From NCBI RefSeq assembly GCF_009914755.1, contig NC_060931.1: a DNA stretch of 64,000 nucleotides. One strand, given 5' to 3'. The notes under the pieces are model-generated. The model saw only the letters and a list, made by a program, of their open reading frames with translations. It was not told the DNA's origin and did no database searches. Position numbers and translations under genes: made by a program. This document shows, piece after piece, positions 37,889-52,005 of the stretch; the first letter of the stretch is position 1; each line of letters begins with the position of its first letter. This DNA is from the human T2T-CHM13v2.0 reference genome, Homo sapiens.

Positions 37889-38608
37889 TTTTTCTTTTAC
37901 TGTTTTTAAAAAAATAAGTATTAATTATTCTTAATTGACAAATACTAATTGTGTATATTCAGAAGGTACAATGCAATGTTTTGACCTATGTCTACACTGT
38001 AAAAAATTGAACCGAATTAAAATATACATCACCTCACCAACCTATCCTTTTTTAAGGTGAGAATGTTAAAAATTAATTCTTTTAGCAATTTTGAAAAATA
38101 TAATACCATATGATCCAGCAATCCCACTTATGTGTGTACAGCCAAAGGAATCAGTATGTCAAAGAGATGTTGGCACTCCCATGTTTATTTCAGCATTATT
38201 CACAATAACCAAAATATGGAAGCAACCTAAGTGTCCATCAGCAGATGAACAGATAAAGGAATTGTGGTATATAGCATATATGCAGTAAAATACTGTACGG
38301 AATTAAAAATAAGGAGATTCCATCATTAGTAACAACATGGATAGAACTGGAAGACATTATGTTAAGTGAAATAAGCAGGCACAAAGAGACAAACACTATA
38401 TGATCTTAGATACATGGAATCTAAAAAAGTCAATATCATAGAAACAGAGAGTAGAAGGGTGACTATTAGGGGCTAGGGAGGAAGGAAGAGATGGGGAAAG
38501 AGAAGATGTTAATGAAAAGGTGTGAAGTCTCAGTTAGATGGGAGGAGTAAGTTTTAGTAATCTATGGTACTGCATGGTGACCACAGTTAATAATAATGCA
38601 TTGTATAT
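37889..38608 (-). mobile_element. L1MA-type element with 5' inversion (antisense 3' end ~37889-38100, sense segment ~38101-38608)
   Basis: The two halves are adjacent in the L1MA 3' consensus (...gcattgtatatt | tcaaaattgctaaaag...) but lie in opposite orientation here. TCCATTTG occurs at both flanks. Confidence 0.8.
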
Positions 38609-39249
38609 TCCATTTGGCATTTTATTCTGGTGCATTATGGTCTCAGTTTGGTGGGTAAGCCAGCCTCTGGTGTCCTGTGTTAGAAAGTGCACTTCCTCAC
38701 ACATACACCATGTCCCCAGCTTCACTCTATCTTTAATATACATGATATGTGGACCATCATTTACTTCTGTTTTGTCGTTTTAATTTCTGTTTGCTCAGAA
38801 CCCAGGTAAGAAGAACATTGCTGCTTAATATTTTCCCTAGAAGAAATTCCTAAGCCCATAAGAGAAAACAAATGCTATTAAGAAGGAAAAAAGAACAATT
38901 GTATGTGGAGGAGAGGGAAGAAGTCTGAAAACCCAAAATATAATTACACTCTTCCAACGAATAAATAAGTAGATAAATAACTGGAAGCTAAAAATCAGAA
39001 AATGTTTTAGGAATTACAACAAAATGGCTGAGATTTTACATAAAATATAGATGATTGTGTCTGTGAGGTTTTGTAATTCTCATAAGAGAAACAAACTTTG
39101 CTTGAAGCAGTCAATTTATTATAGAGACACAAGATGGCTCACAGAATTTCTGGGAGGTCTAGAGTACAAGAATTAGGGCTATTGGGCCAGCCAATGTTAC
39201 CAAGGACTTTCCTAGACCTGGTTGGGTGAGAATGACTCAAATGACTCAA

Positions 39250-39680
39250 AACATTCAGAAAAATAGTTGACAAAACTCAACACTTGTCACAGTAATAGCT
39301 CTCATCAAACTTGGACTAGAAGGAAACTTCCTCAAAGTGATGAAGGATAGGTAGAAAATCTCTTGGTAAACATCATAGTTAAGATGAAAGAGTAAGTGCT
39401 TTTCCCCCTAAGATGTTCAAGGCAAGTAAGTCTCCTGTCATCTCCTCGATCAACACTGTGTTGGGGGTGCCAGTCAGTGCATTAAAGAAAGGGAGAAAGA
39501 AAAGGCGGACATTGAAAAGGAAGAAGTAAAACTGTCTTTCTTCACAGACAACATGGTGTTTATGTAGAAAATCCTAAATCAGTTATATAATAGTCACAAG
39601 ACACAAAATCAATATTTAAAAAATTAATTGTATTTCTATATACTACAGCAAACTGAAAATGGGCATTTTTTAAAAATAAA
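39250..39680 (+). mobile_element. Old L1 ORF2 (RT region) fragment
   Basis: gaaaaatagttgacaaaactcaac...gaaggaaacttcctcaa...gcttttcccctaaga...aaaggaagaagtaaaactgtc. Confidence 0.7.
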
Positions 39681-39921
39681 TATCATATGTAGAGATATTT
39701 AATGAGATATTTTTAACCTGTTAATATGATAAATTACATAGATTGATATTGAAATATTAAGCTAACCTAGTATTCCTTGAATATACTCTTGTTGAACATG
39801 ATGTGCTATATTTTTTTTCATGTTAATTAACTGCATTTACTGAATTTAAACAAAATTGTTGCATCTATTATGGTCATAAAGGGTATTCCTCTATAGTTTA
39901 TTTTGTGGTATCTTTGGTTTG

Positions 39922-40286
39922 TGATATGGTTTGGCTATGTCCCCACCCAAATCTCATCTTGAATTATAGCTCCCATAATCCCCATGTGTTGTGGAAGGAC
40001 CTGATGAGAGGTAATTGAATCATGGGGGTGGGTTTTTTTCCATGTTGTTCTTGTGATAGTGAATAAGTCTCACAAGAGCTGATGGTTTTATAAAAGTGCA
40101 GTTCCCTTGCACAGACTCTCTTGCCTGCCACCATGTAAGACGTGACTTTGCTCCTCATTTGCCTTCAGCCATGACTGCAAGGCCTCCCCAGCCATGTGGA
40201 ACTGTGAGTCAATTAAACGTCTTTCCTTTATAAATTATCCAGTCTTGGGTATGTCTTTATTAGCAGTATGAGAACAGACTAATGCA
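39922..40286 (+). mobile_element. THE1B/C MaLR solo LTR
   Basis: TGATATGGTTTGGCTATGTCCCCACCCAAATCTC...gactaatgCA. Near-TSD GTTTG/GTTAG. Confidence 0.9.
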
Positions 40287-40330
40287 GTTAGGATATCAGA
40301 GTAAGTGCCTCATAGAATTATTTGGGAACA

Positions 40331-40699
40331 CAGATTGACTATCTCTTATTCAAATGCTTGGGACCAGAAGTATTTCAGTTTTCAGATTTGCTCAGATTTT
40401 GGACTATTTTCAAATACATAGTGATATATCTCAAAGACGGGACCCAAGCTTAACCACAAAATTTATGATTGTTTTATGAATACCTCATACACATAGACCA
40501 AAGGTAATTTTATACAGTATTTTAAATAATTAAATTATTATTTTAAGTATTAAAGTTATTTAAATAATGTTGTCCATAAAACAAAGTTTTGACTGTGATC
40601 TGTCATATGTGTTTTCACTTGTGTCGTGTTGATGCTCAAAAGTTTTGAATTTTGCAGCCTTTTGGATTTCACATTTTTGGATTAGGGATACTCAACCTG
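40331..40699. mobile_element. Tigger4b / MER46 (Zombi) DNA transposon
   Basis: TIRs CAGATTGACTATCTCTTATTCAAA...TTTGGATTAGGGATACTCAACCTG|TA; internal aatgcttgggaccagaagt. Confidence 0.8.
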
Positions 40700-40959
40700 T
40701 ACTCAATATTGTTGAATTGTCACTTCCTTCCTAATTAATATTATAGATTTATTGCAAGCCAAATCAAAGTCCCAGTAGGCGTTCTTTTTTAGAAATTGTC
40801 AAACTGATTCTAAATTTAATATATACAGGCAAATGACCTGGAATAGCAAAGCAATGTTAAACAACTAAAACAAAACTGGAGTAAGATAGACATTTGGATT
40901 TATGGGAAAGAATAGAGAATCCAGATATTGGCACCAATGTCAGACCAATAGATTTTGAA

Positions 40960-42810
<1,851 letters not shown>

Positions 42811-42829
42811 TATGTATAATAATTCAAGA

Positions 42830-44420
42830 GGCTTAAATAAAGCCTTAGCATACAGAATTTAATTGGGTGTCAGAAGAGTAATGCAGTATGATCTGGTAAG
42901 GTTTATTCAAGCATTGTAAAAATAATTCATCATCAGGAAGCATTCACCATAATCTTTTATATCAATACACTTAAGTAGAAAAATAAATATGATTACATTA
43001 ATCAACGCTTTAAAAGCATTTAATAAATTTCAATATTAGTTCTGAATAAACACTCTAAAGAATCAATGAAAGAAAATTATTTAAATATTATAAAGTTTAT
43101 TTATCTGACACCTAAAGTAAATAATATTTTAATACTTTTAAAAATACTCATTTGAAGCACATTTCAAATACGGTTAGTGACTACACAGGGATCCTTACTG
43201 TCATTATCACTTCATATTATTTTGGCTGCTTTTGCAAATAAAATGCATTAAAATAAGAAAACTTATAAGTAAGAATAAATGTCAAAAATACTTTTGAGTG
43301 ATAAAATTCCTTCTGATTGATGAGACTGAAATTCCAGCCAATTCAAAAGCTCTGATACAACATCTGTTAGAATTAAATGATCTGTTAAGGAGTCCGGTAG
43401 CAACACAAATGTAGAAAATTAACATCTTTGTATTACAAAACAGTAAGCACTTAAAATGGACAGAAAAACACCAACTTTATTTTCACAAAAAAATCTGTAC
43501 ATCATGTAAGAATAAAGTGAATATGCATGATGAAGAACCAAATTAAGAAAAGAATAAGCCAAACATGAATACAAAACATAAACTAAAATTTGAATTGATG
43601 CCAGTGCATAATTTGTTATTAGAAATATTAAAATCTTAAAATGTTAATTTTATTTAAATGTATTTAATGTAATATCAATTAGAATACTAATCAGTTAGTA
43701 TGTACCTATGGTTTTTATTTATCCAAAAGGGCTGAGAATATCCAATGAAACAATAAAAAGCAGTAAGGAGATTTGCTTCACTTCTTACTAGAAAAATAAA
43801 TAAACAAAATATTAATGGAACAGAATAGCAGATCTATAATTACATCTTGATGTATATGAAAAGTTAATATATGTTAAATGTAGTTCAGTAGGGAAAGCAC
43901 TGATGTTATATAAATTGAGCTAATATAATAGCTAACCATTTAAAAACATTAAATGGACCACTAACTTATGCCTAGTTAAAGAAATAAACACATTAACAAA
44001 TTTAATTTAAAAATTAAAAATTAATATTTTAGGGAAAATATCAAAAACTAACAGTACTATCAATGCGTTGGGAGAATTTTTTAAACATAAGCAAGACTAG
44101 AAAGCCAGACCATAAAAGAAAGACAGCATATTGACATAGGTAAAAATTAATGATTTTTATAATTTTCCCTTTAGCAAAACAATGCAGAAGCAAAGTTCAT
44201 AGACAAATGATAAATCTAAACACAAATTTGTAATGGAGATGGCAAATTGTTAATTTCTAAAGTGTCTTAAAAGTTTTTAAATATTTTCAAGAAAAAAGCA
44301 AGTAGCTCAATAGAAAAAATTACAAGATTATGAAAAGATGATTTATGGAAGAGCCAGAGGAAATGACTGTAATTATGTAGAGCCATTTAAATCCATAGTA
44401 GTGAGGAAAATATAAATGTA
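42830..44420 (+). mobile_element. Very old L1 (L1ME-like) ORF2 remnant
   Basis: Degenerate RT-region phrases (aaagcatttaataaatttcaa, ctgttagaattaaatg, aatggaacagaatag). Confidence 0.5.
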
Positions 44421-46705
44421 AGTGAAGACTTTTGGTAGCTTGACAAAGTTGTATAATTCCTTTCTGCAAATAAAAAGCATAAACCAAACAAAATCATTAA
44501 AAACAACTATTAAAAGATACTGGAAATCATTAACTATAAACAACTCTAGGAGAAGTGTTTACTCATTTTTAAAAATTAATGAACTTCTGTGTATCTGGTA
44601 AAAATCTGATTTTGTGACTTCTTTGCATAGGGATACTCCCTTCACTCTTCCTTGAGCTGAAGTTGTCAGACAGTTTATGGCAGATGTCACTGAAGCTAAT
44701 AATTCAAGGGAGAGATTTGGAAGCTGGGATAGCACACACTACACGTTTCTGGCCGACTGATAAACTACAGGTACACGCAGTAGATACCATGGAGCCCGAA
44801 AAAGAAACTGAGAGTCTAGGGAATCTTACAAACTTTTCATGTATTTGAATCTATTCCTTATTCAGACAGGAGAAGATGGAAATTTTACTGGCTTTAGTTG
44901 TCTGAGTTACAAAGTCACAGGGAACAAGGGAAAAAAAAAAGACAGATTTCAGCTGCACACTGAGCAGTAGACAAATTTCACAGATTGAGTTGTTAGTTAA
45001 TTGTTCATTATCACAACACAAAAAGTAACCCTCAGAGAACAAAACTATACCTAGAGCCAGTACAATATATTATATATATTAACTTGTTTTCAACCAAAGT
45101 TTACTAGACATCCAAAGAAACAGAGAATTTGGCTCATAAACACTAATTTACAGAATAAAAATGCACACCAAACCACAAGTGAGATAACCACAAAGAAAAA
45201 CATTCTGCAAATACAACATGAAAAATGCTTCGCAAAGAATAAAGAGAAAATTTTGGAAGCAACAAGACGGAGCAGTAACCAATCACCTCCAATGAAAGAA
45301 TGATATGTTTAATAGATTTAATGGAGACCAGAAAGCACTGAAATAATACAAAGACCTGAGAGAAAAAAATACTTGTTAACTTAGAATTATATATCTAGTA
45401 AAAGTACCCTTCAAAAATAAAGGCAAATTAAAGACATTTCTACACAAGCAAAGACTATGAGATGCAACTGCTAGCAAACCTGTGTTCTATGACTTGTGTG
45501 CTGTAAAAAACGTTAAAGGAAGACTGAGGGGAAATGACATCAAATGGTAAATCAGATCCAAAAGAAGAAATGAAGAGCATAGGAGCTGGTGACTGTTGGT
45601 AAGTATAAAAAAGATTATATACATTTTATCTTATTTTATTAATTTATTTTAAAGATGTGCCTTGCAAAAACTTAAACAATGTATTTAAAAGACATGCCTT
45701 TTTAAAGCAAAACCATTAACCATGTATCGTTAGGTTAATAATGCCTTTAGATATTAATATATGACAAAGCAGGAAAATGGATCTCTGTTGGTATAAATTT
45801 TCTATACTTTAACAGAAGTAAATGAGAATAAAATGAAGTAAATTTTAAAGAGTTAAAGAACTATAATCACAAAAGCAACCCTTAAAATCACACAAAGATA
45901 CGTAGCTAAAACATCAATAAAGCATTTAAATATATATATTTGTTTAACACAAAGCAAGGCAAGGAAGGAGCAACAAGAAATATGGTAAATCAAACACAAA
46001 TAGTAAAATGGCAGGCCAAAATAACAATAGAGCCATCATATTTCAACTAATATTAATGTAAAGGGTCTAAGCATTCTAATGAAAAGAGAGATTATTCATT
46101 TGAATAAAAAAGGCAAAGTCAACTATATGTTGTTTATAAGAGATGTACTTAAAAATCAAAGACAATATAGGTTGAAAACAAAATAATGGAAAAATATTCC
46201 ACAGTAACAGTAAACATAAGAGACCTGGAGTGACTATATTAATATAGAGAAAAATAGACTTTAACAAAATTCATATTACTAGGGACAAAGAAAAATATTA
46301 TTCCATAATGATACAAGAGTCACTACAGCAGGATCATATAACAATTACAAATCTATGAATATTTAACAAATACTTGAAAAAAACTAACATAATTGAAAAA
46401 ATAAAACTGTAAACGGACAAATATCACTGGAGATTGCAATATTTCTCTCTAGCAAACATATCCAGTAGACAGAAAAGCAGTAAAGTCATAGATGGCTTGA
46501 ACAGCACAATCAATCAAATTGTTTTAATTGATATCTACCAAACACTCAATAACAAGGAAATAAATGTATTTTCAAGTGCACACAGAATATTCAGTATAGA
46601 CAACATGCTATACCAGAAAAAGAGTCCCAATAAATTAAAACAGATTTAATTTATATGAAGTATGCTCTGAACATCAACAGAATTAAATTAGAAATCAATA
46701 ACAAA

Positions 46706-47009
46706 GCCAGGCATGGTGACTTATGCCTATAATCCCAGCACTAGGGAGGCTGAGGGGGGGAAATTACTTGAGGTCAGGAGTTTGAGACCAGCCTGGCCAA
46801 CATGGTGAAATCCTGCCTCTACTAAAAATACAAAAATTAGCTAGGGGTGGTGGCGTGTACTTGTAGTCCTAGCTACTCAGGAAGCTGAGGCAGGAGAATT
46901 GCTTAAACCTGGGAGGTGAAAGTTGCAGCAACCCAAGATGGTGCCACTAAACTCTAGCCTGGGTGACAGAATGAGACTCCGTCTCAAACAAACAAACAAA
47001 CAACAAAAA
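46706..47009 (+). mobile_element. AluSx/Sz full length
   Basis: Dimeric Alu. 14-bp TSD AAATCAATAACAAA (46692-46705 / 47010-47023). Confidence 0.92.
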
Positions 47010-47583
47010 AAATCAATAACAAAAGAGGTCTGGAAAATCTACAAATGTGTAGTTTTTTTTTTTTTTTTTTTTGGTTGGTTGGTTGGTTTGTTTTGTTTTT
47101 TTAACATGCATATTTTCTAAATAGCCCAGAGGTCAAAGAAGAAATCAAAATGGAAATCAGAAAATATTTTGAAATCAGTGAAAATGAAAATATGGCATAT
47201 CATAATTTATGAAATGCAACTAAAGTAGTGTTTGTAAGGACATTTAGAATAATAAATACCTATACTACAAGGCAAGAAAGAAAAAAACAAAGATCTAAGT
47301 GTCAACCTTAAGAAGCTATAAAAAATTAAACCTGAAAATAGTTTAGTAGAGTAAGTAGAAGAGAAATAAACATCATAAAGGAAATTTATGCAAGAGAAAA
47401 TGAATAAATAGTAGTGAAAAACAATGAAACTTAAAGCTGCACATAAAAGACAATGTAGTATGTGACTCAATTTTTAAGAAATTCTAGAAAAGGCAAAACT
47501 TGACGGACAACATTTAGAGCAATGGCTACCCAATGCAAAAGACTAACTGAAAAGGAATGAGAACTTTTGGGAGCTGATGGAAG

Positions 47584-47861
47584 CAGGGCCAGCTCCATGG
47601 GTGTTTGACACGTGCGGTCACACAAGTCCTCAGAACTCTGCATTTTATTTAATGCTCTGCTGTCACTATTTTTCATTTCTTTTTTATATTGACACATTAT
47701 AATTGTACCTATTTATGTGGTACAATTTGATGTTTCCATACATGTAGACATTGTATAACAATCAAATCAGGGTACTCAGTATTGAAATTCTTAACAATAT
47801 TTGAACAAAGAGACCCACATTCATTTTGCACTATGCTCTGTATATTAGGTAGTCAATCCAG
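47584..47861 (+). mobile_element. MER91A (hAT-Tip100) split by a short L1 3' end
   Basis: CAGGGCCAGCTCCATGGG...tttaatgctctgctgtc | ttgaaattcttaacaatatttgaacaa...cattttgcact. Confidence 0.75.
47669..47775 (-). mobile_element. Short L1MA-type 3' end inside MER91A
   Basis: T tract followed by attgacacattataattgtacctatttatgtggtacaat...atcaaatcagggta. Near-TSD TCACTATT/TCAGTATT. Confidence 0.7.
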
Positions 47862-48132
47862 ACTTCATTTTTTGTGGTGATTTCATGGCTGTTTTAACTT
47901 AGCAAACTCATCAAACTGTACTCTTAAAATGAGTGGTTTTGTCGTTTAACTTATATATAAACAAAACTCTAAAATATAAAAAGAAATATAAGAAGCAATG
48001 CCATTACTTACCATTTAACCATTCCAACAAAACATATACATGAAATGCTTTAATACTTATTGCCATGATGATTGATATTTATTCATTAGTGAAAGAAATA
48101 CCAAGAAGAAATACTCTGCCCATGTAGAAGAC

Positions 48133-48478
48133 TGATATGCTTAGGCTTTGTGTCCCCACCCAAATCTTACCTTGAATTGTAATCCCCAGGTGTTAATTGA
48201 GAGACCTGGTGGGAGGTGATTGGAGCATGGGGGCGGTTTCCCCCTGCTGTCCTCATGACAGTGAGTGAGTTATAAGCATCTGGCATTTTCCCTGCTTGCA
48301 CTTCTCTCTCATGCCACCATGTGAAGAAGGTCCTTGCCTCCACTTTCCCCATGATAGTTAACTTTCCTGAGACCCCCACCCAGGCCGGCAGAACTGTGAG
48401 TCAACTAAGCCTCCTTTGCTTATAAACTACCCAGTCTCAGGTAGTATCTTTATAACAGTGTAAGAATGGCCTAATACA
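48133..48478 (+). mobile_element. THE1D-like MaLR solo LTR
   Basis: TGATATGCTTAGGCTTTGTGTCCCCACCC...cccagtctcaggtagtatctttata...ctaataCA. Confidence 0.87.
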
Positions 48479-49854
48479 GTAGACCAACTGAAAACTTCAA
48501 TGAAAATTAACAACACACAGGTATATGGGCTTGGAAATTATTTCGTTTCCGTGAATCTAGTTCGTAAAAATAGAAGTAATAATTTTAAATGCATCTATTT
48601 AAGGATGATTATAATAGTATTGTTCATACTACTAGATACAATGTAAATGTCCGTCAACAGAAGAATAGTTGGATATATTTTGGTATAATATGTATAAAAT
48701 ATTATATTGCAATTAAAAGTGAATTATTCTAACATAACTTGCTTTGGAGTGATTTATATAAGATTTTTTAAGTGTGAAAAGCAAGATACATAAAATAGTA
48801 TGTGACGTCCATTTTGGTTAAATAAGCCTTCACATAACAACAACAACAACAAAACTGTATGTGTATAGATATATCTGTAAAGAATTAAATGAGAGAGAAC
48901 CATGGGTGAACTCATATACACAGTTCCAAAATAGATAAGATTTAGTATGATAAATATGTAGTAATACTCTGAGTATAAGCCCTTTACTAATGTGTCCAGG
49001 TTATATTTATAGCATGCTTCAACACGTAGAAAATCTACTTTGAAAATTAGAAGAACTTCAAATATATGTTGAAAGAAACATTAATCTGTGAGTAATACAT
49101 TAATAATTATCTCTCAATTAGAATTGTTGATTAACCAAAATCCTCCAGACCAGTTTATAAAGACTAATTTTACCTCCTGACTTATTTTAATAATGAACAT
49201 TTCTCTATTCTTGAACATAGCAAGGATACTAATACAACAGAGTTGCCATTTAATGATCAAAGATCATTGTCTTTAGATATTTACATGGAGGAATTAAAAT
49301 AAGATTGTATAACAAGAGTGGTCAGATAATTTACCATTCAAACCACGATACTTTTGAGAATAAAAGTAGCTGGTCAAGGCAAGAGAGGTGAGTAAGGTAT
49401 ATGGTTAACCAAATAGAATATTGGGAATATCCATATAAACTAGGTTTGTTCCAGATAAACTAAGACCATGGACCCCTGAGCTACAGCCTGCATAGGACAA
49501 GCTGCAGGGAAAAGCTCATCTGAAAATTTGATAGAGTTGGAGTCCCAAATATCTGCAGAGAATACTTCTCCAGCAGGTACAGCTAGTGGTTTTCATCCTG
49601 CTCCAAATTCGAAAGAGATTAGATGCAGTCTATAAAGACCACCAGCTAGGAGCAGAGTGATTCAAAACTCTTGATTCCTATAATCGAGTGAAATCCACAT
49701 ACAAGAAGAAGAAATGCTCCAGATTATTTTCACTAAGGAAAGAAATACCAGCTTTATACCTTCTGAGTTTATACATATAAAATCTTACATGGAACATACT
49801 AAGAGAACTAGGACTCTAGACTTGATTAGAAAGTAGTTGGCAGAGAACTACAAA

Positions 49855-52005
49855 TTCAATAATTTCCTACCCAAATTCCAATGACATTTTTTACAGAAAG
49901 AGAAAAAAAATCTTAAAACTTATTTGAAACCATGAAAAACCCTGAACAGTAAAAGAAATCTTGGGCAAAAAGAACAAAGCTGGAGGCATCACAATACCTG
50001 ATTTCAAAACCTACTACAAAGCTATAGTAATCAAAGAAACACACACACAGAGTAATGGGACTGAATAGAGAACCCAGAAATAAACCTATGCATTTATGGT
50101 CAATTATTATTCAACACAGATGCCAAGATCACACAGTGGGAAAAAGACAGTTTCTTCAATAAATTATTTTTCAGAAACTAAAAATCCACATGTAGAAGAA
50201 TGAAATGAGACCCTCATTTCGTACTGTACCCAAAAATCAACACACACACAAAAATTAAAGACTCAAATATAAGACCTGAAACTACTATATATAACTACTA
50301 GAAGAGCACATAGGGGAAAAGTTCTATGACATTGGTTTGGGCAAAGATTTTTTATATGACTCTGAAAGCATGGATAACAAACACATAAATATAAAAATAG
50401 GATTGAATCCAACTAAAAAGCTTCTGCACAGCAAAGGAAACAATCGCTAGAGTGAAGAGACAACCTAGAGAATAAGAGAATATATCTGCAAACCATATAA
50501 CTGACAAGGAGTTAGTATCCAAAATATATAAGGAACTTAACCCAGTGGCAAAGGAAACAAATAATCCGGTCAAAAAATGGGTGAAAGACTTGAATAGACA
50601 TTTCTCAAAAGAAGACATATAAGTAGCCAACAGGTATATGAAAAGGTGTTCAATATTATTAGTTATGAAGGAAATACAAATGAAAGCCACAATGAGATAT
50701 TACATCACACGTGTTAGGATTGCTACTATCAAATACTGGAGGTGAGGGAACCCTTATACATTGTTGTGAGAATGTAAATTTATGCAACCATAAGGAAAAC
50801 CGTATGGAGGGTTCTCAAAAAGTTAAAATAGAACTACTATATGATCCAGCAATCTCACTTGTGGGTATGTATCCTAAAGAAATGAAATCATTCTATTGTG
50901 AAGACACATGCATGTGTATGTTCATTGCAGCACGAATCACAATAACAAAGACATGGAATCAACCTAAATGCTCATCAATGATAGACTGGATAAAGAAAAT
51001 GTGGTACATATACACCATGGAATACAATGCAGCCATAAAAAAGAATGAGGTCATGTCCCTTGCAAGGACATGAATGGAGCTGGAGTTGGAGGCCATTATT
51101 CTTAGCAAACTAATGCAGAAACAAACAAAAAATACGACATGTTCTCACTTATAAGTGGGAGCTAAATCATGAAAACACATAGACATAGAGGGGAACAACA
51201 CACACAGAGTTTTTTAACAGGGTGGAGGGTAGGAGGAGAAAGAGGATCAGGAAAAATAATAAATAAGCACTAAGCTTAATACCTGGGTAATGAAATAATC
51301 TGAACAACAAACCACCATGACACAATCTGCATGCACATAAAACATGCACATGTACTCCTGAACTTAAAATAAAGTTAAAAAAAATGAAATCAGTGTGTCC
51401 AAGAGACAACTGCACTGCAACATTCATTGTAGCTCATTCGCAACAGCCAAGATATTGTAAGAACCTAAGTATTTATCAGTAGTTGAATGGATAAAGAAAA
51501 TGTGGCATATATACAAGGAAATACTCTTCAACCTTAAAAAAGATGGAAATCCTGTCATTTGTGACAACATGGTTGTTACATAAAATAAGCCAGGAACAGA
51601 GAAACAAATACCACATGATCTCATGTACATATAGATTCTAAAAAAGTCAAACTCACAGAAACAGAGAGTAGAATAGTGGTTATCAGTGGCCAGAGGGTGG
51701 AGGGACTGGGGAGATGCTGGTCAAAGCATACAAAATTAAGTTAGACAGGAAGAATAAGATCCATAGATCAACTGTCCATAATTGTGACTATAATTAATAA
51801 AAATATATGTATATTATATACTTGAAAATTGCTAAGTAAATTTTAAATGTTCTTACTACTAAAACGTAAGTATGTGTGGTAACACATATGTCAATTGGCT
51901 TTTTTCAGCCGTTCTACAATGTATACATATATTCAACTATTACATTGCACACCATAAATATATACAATTTTTATTTGTCAATAATTTTTTTAAAATAAAA
52001 AGAAG
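49855..52005 (+). mobile_element. L1MA3/4-like 5'-truncated L1 (ORF2 3' part + 3' UTR) carrying a nested younger L1 3' end
   Basis: aagaacaaagctggaggcatcac...aaaagcttctgcacagcaaaggaaac; 3' UTR cttgaaaattgctaag...caatttttatttgtcaat. Confidence 0.85.
50891..51381 (+). mobile_element. L1PA11-13-like 3' end nested in L1MA
   Basis: ttctattgtgaagacacatg...ggatcaggaaaaataa...cctgaacttaaaataaagtt plus A tail. Flanked by AAATGAAATCA (50880-50890 / 51382-51392). Confidence 0.85.

Larger units (their letters stand above)
44430..47980 (+). mobile_element. Old L1M: ORF1/intergenic/endonuclease region plus 3' fragment, with nested Alu and MER91A
   Basis: ORF1-like tagaattatatatctagtaaaagtacccttcaaaaataaaggc; APE-like ggagtgactatattaatat; attaaattagaaatcaataacaaa. 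Boundaries are approximate. Confidence 0.65.
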
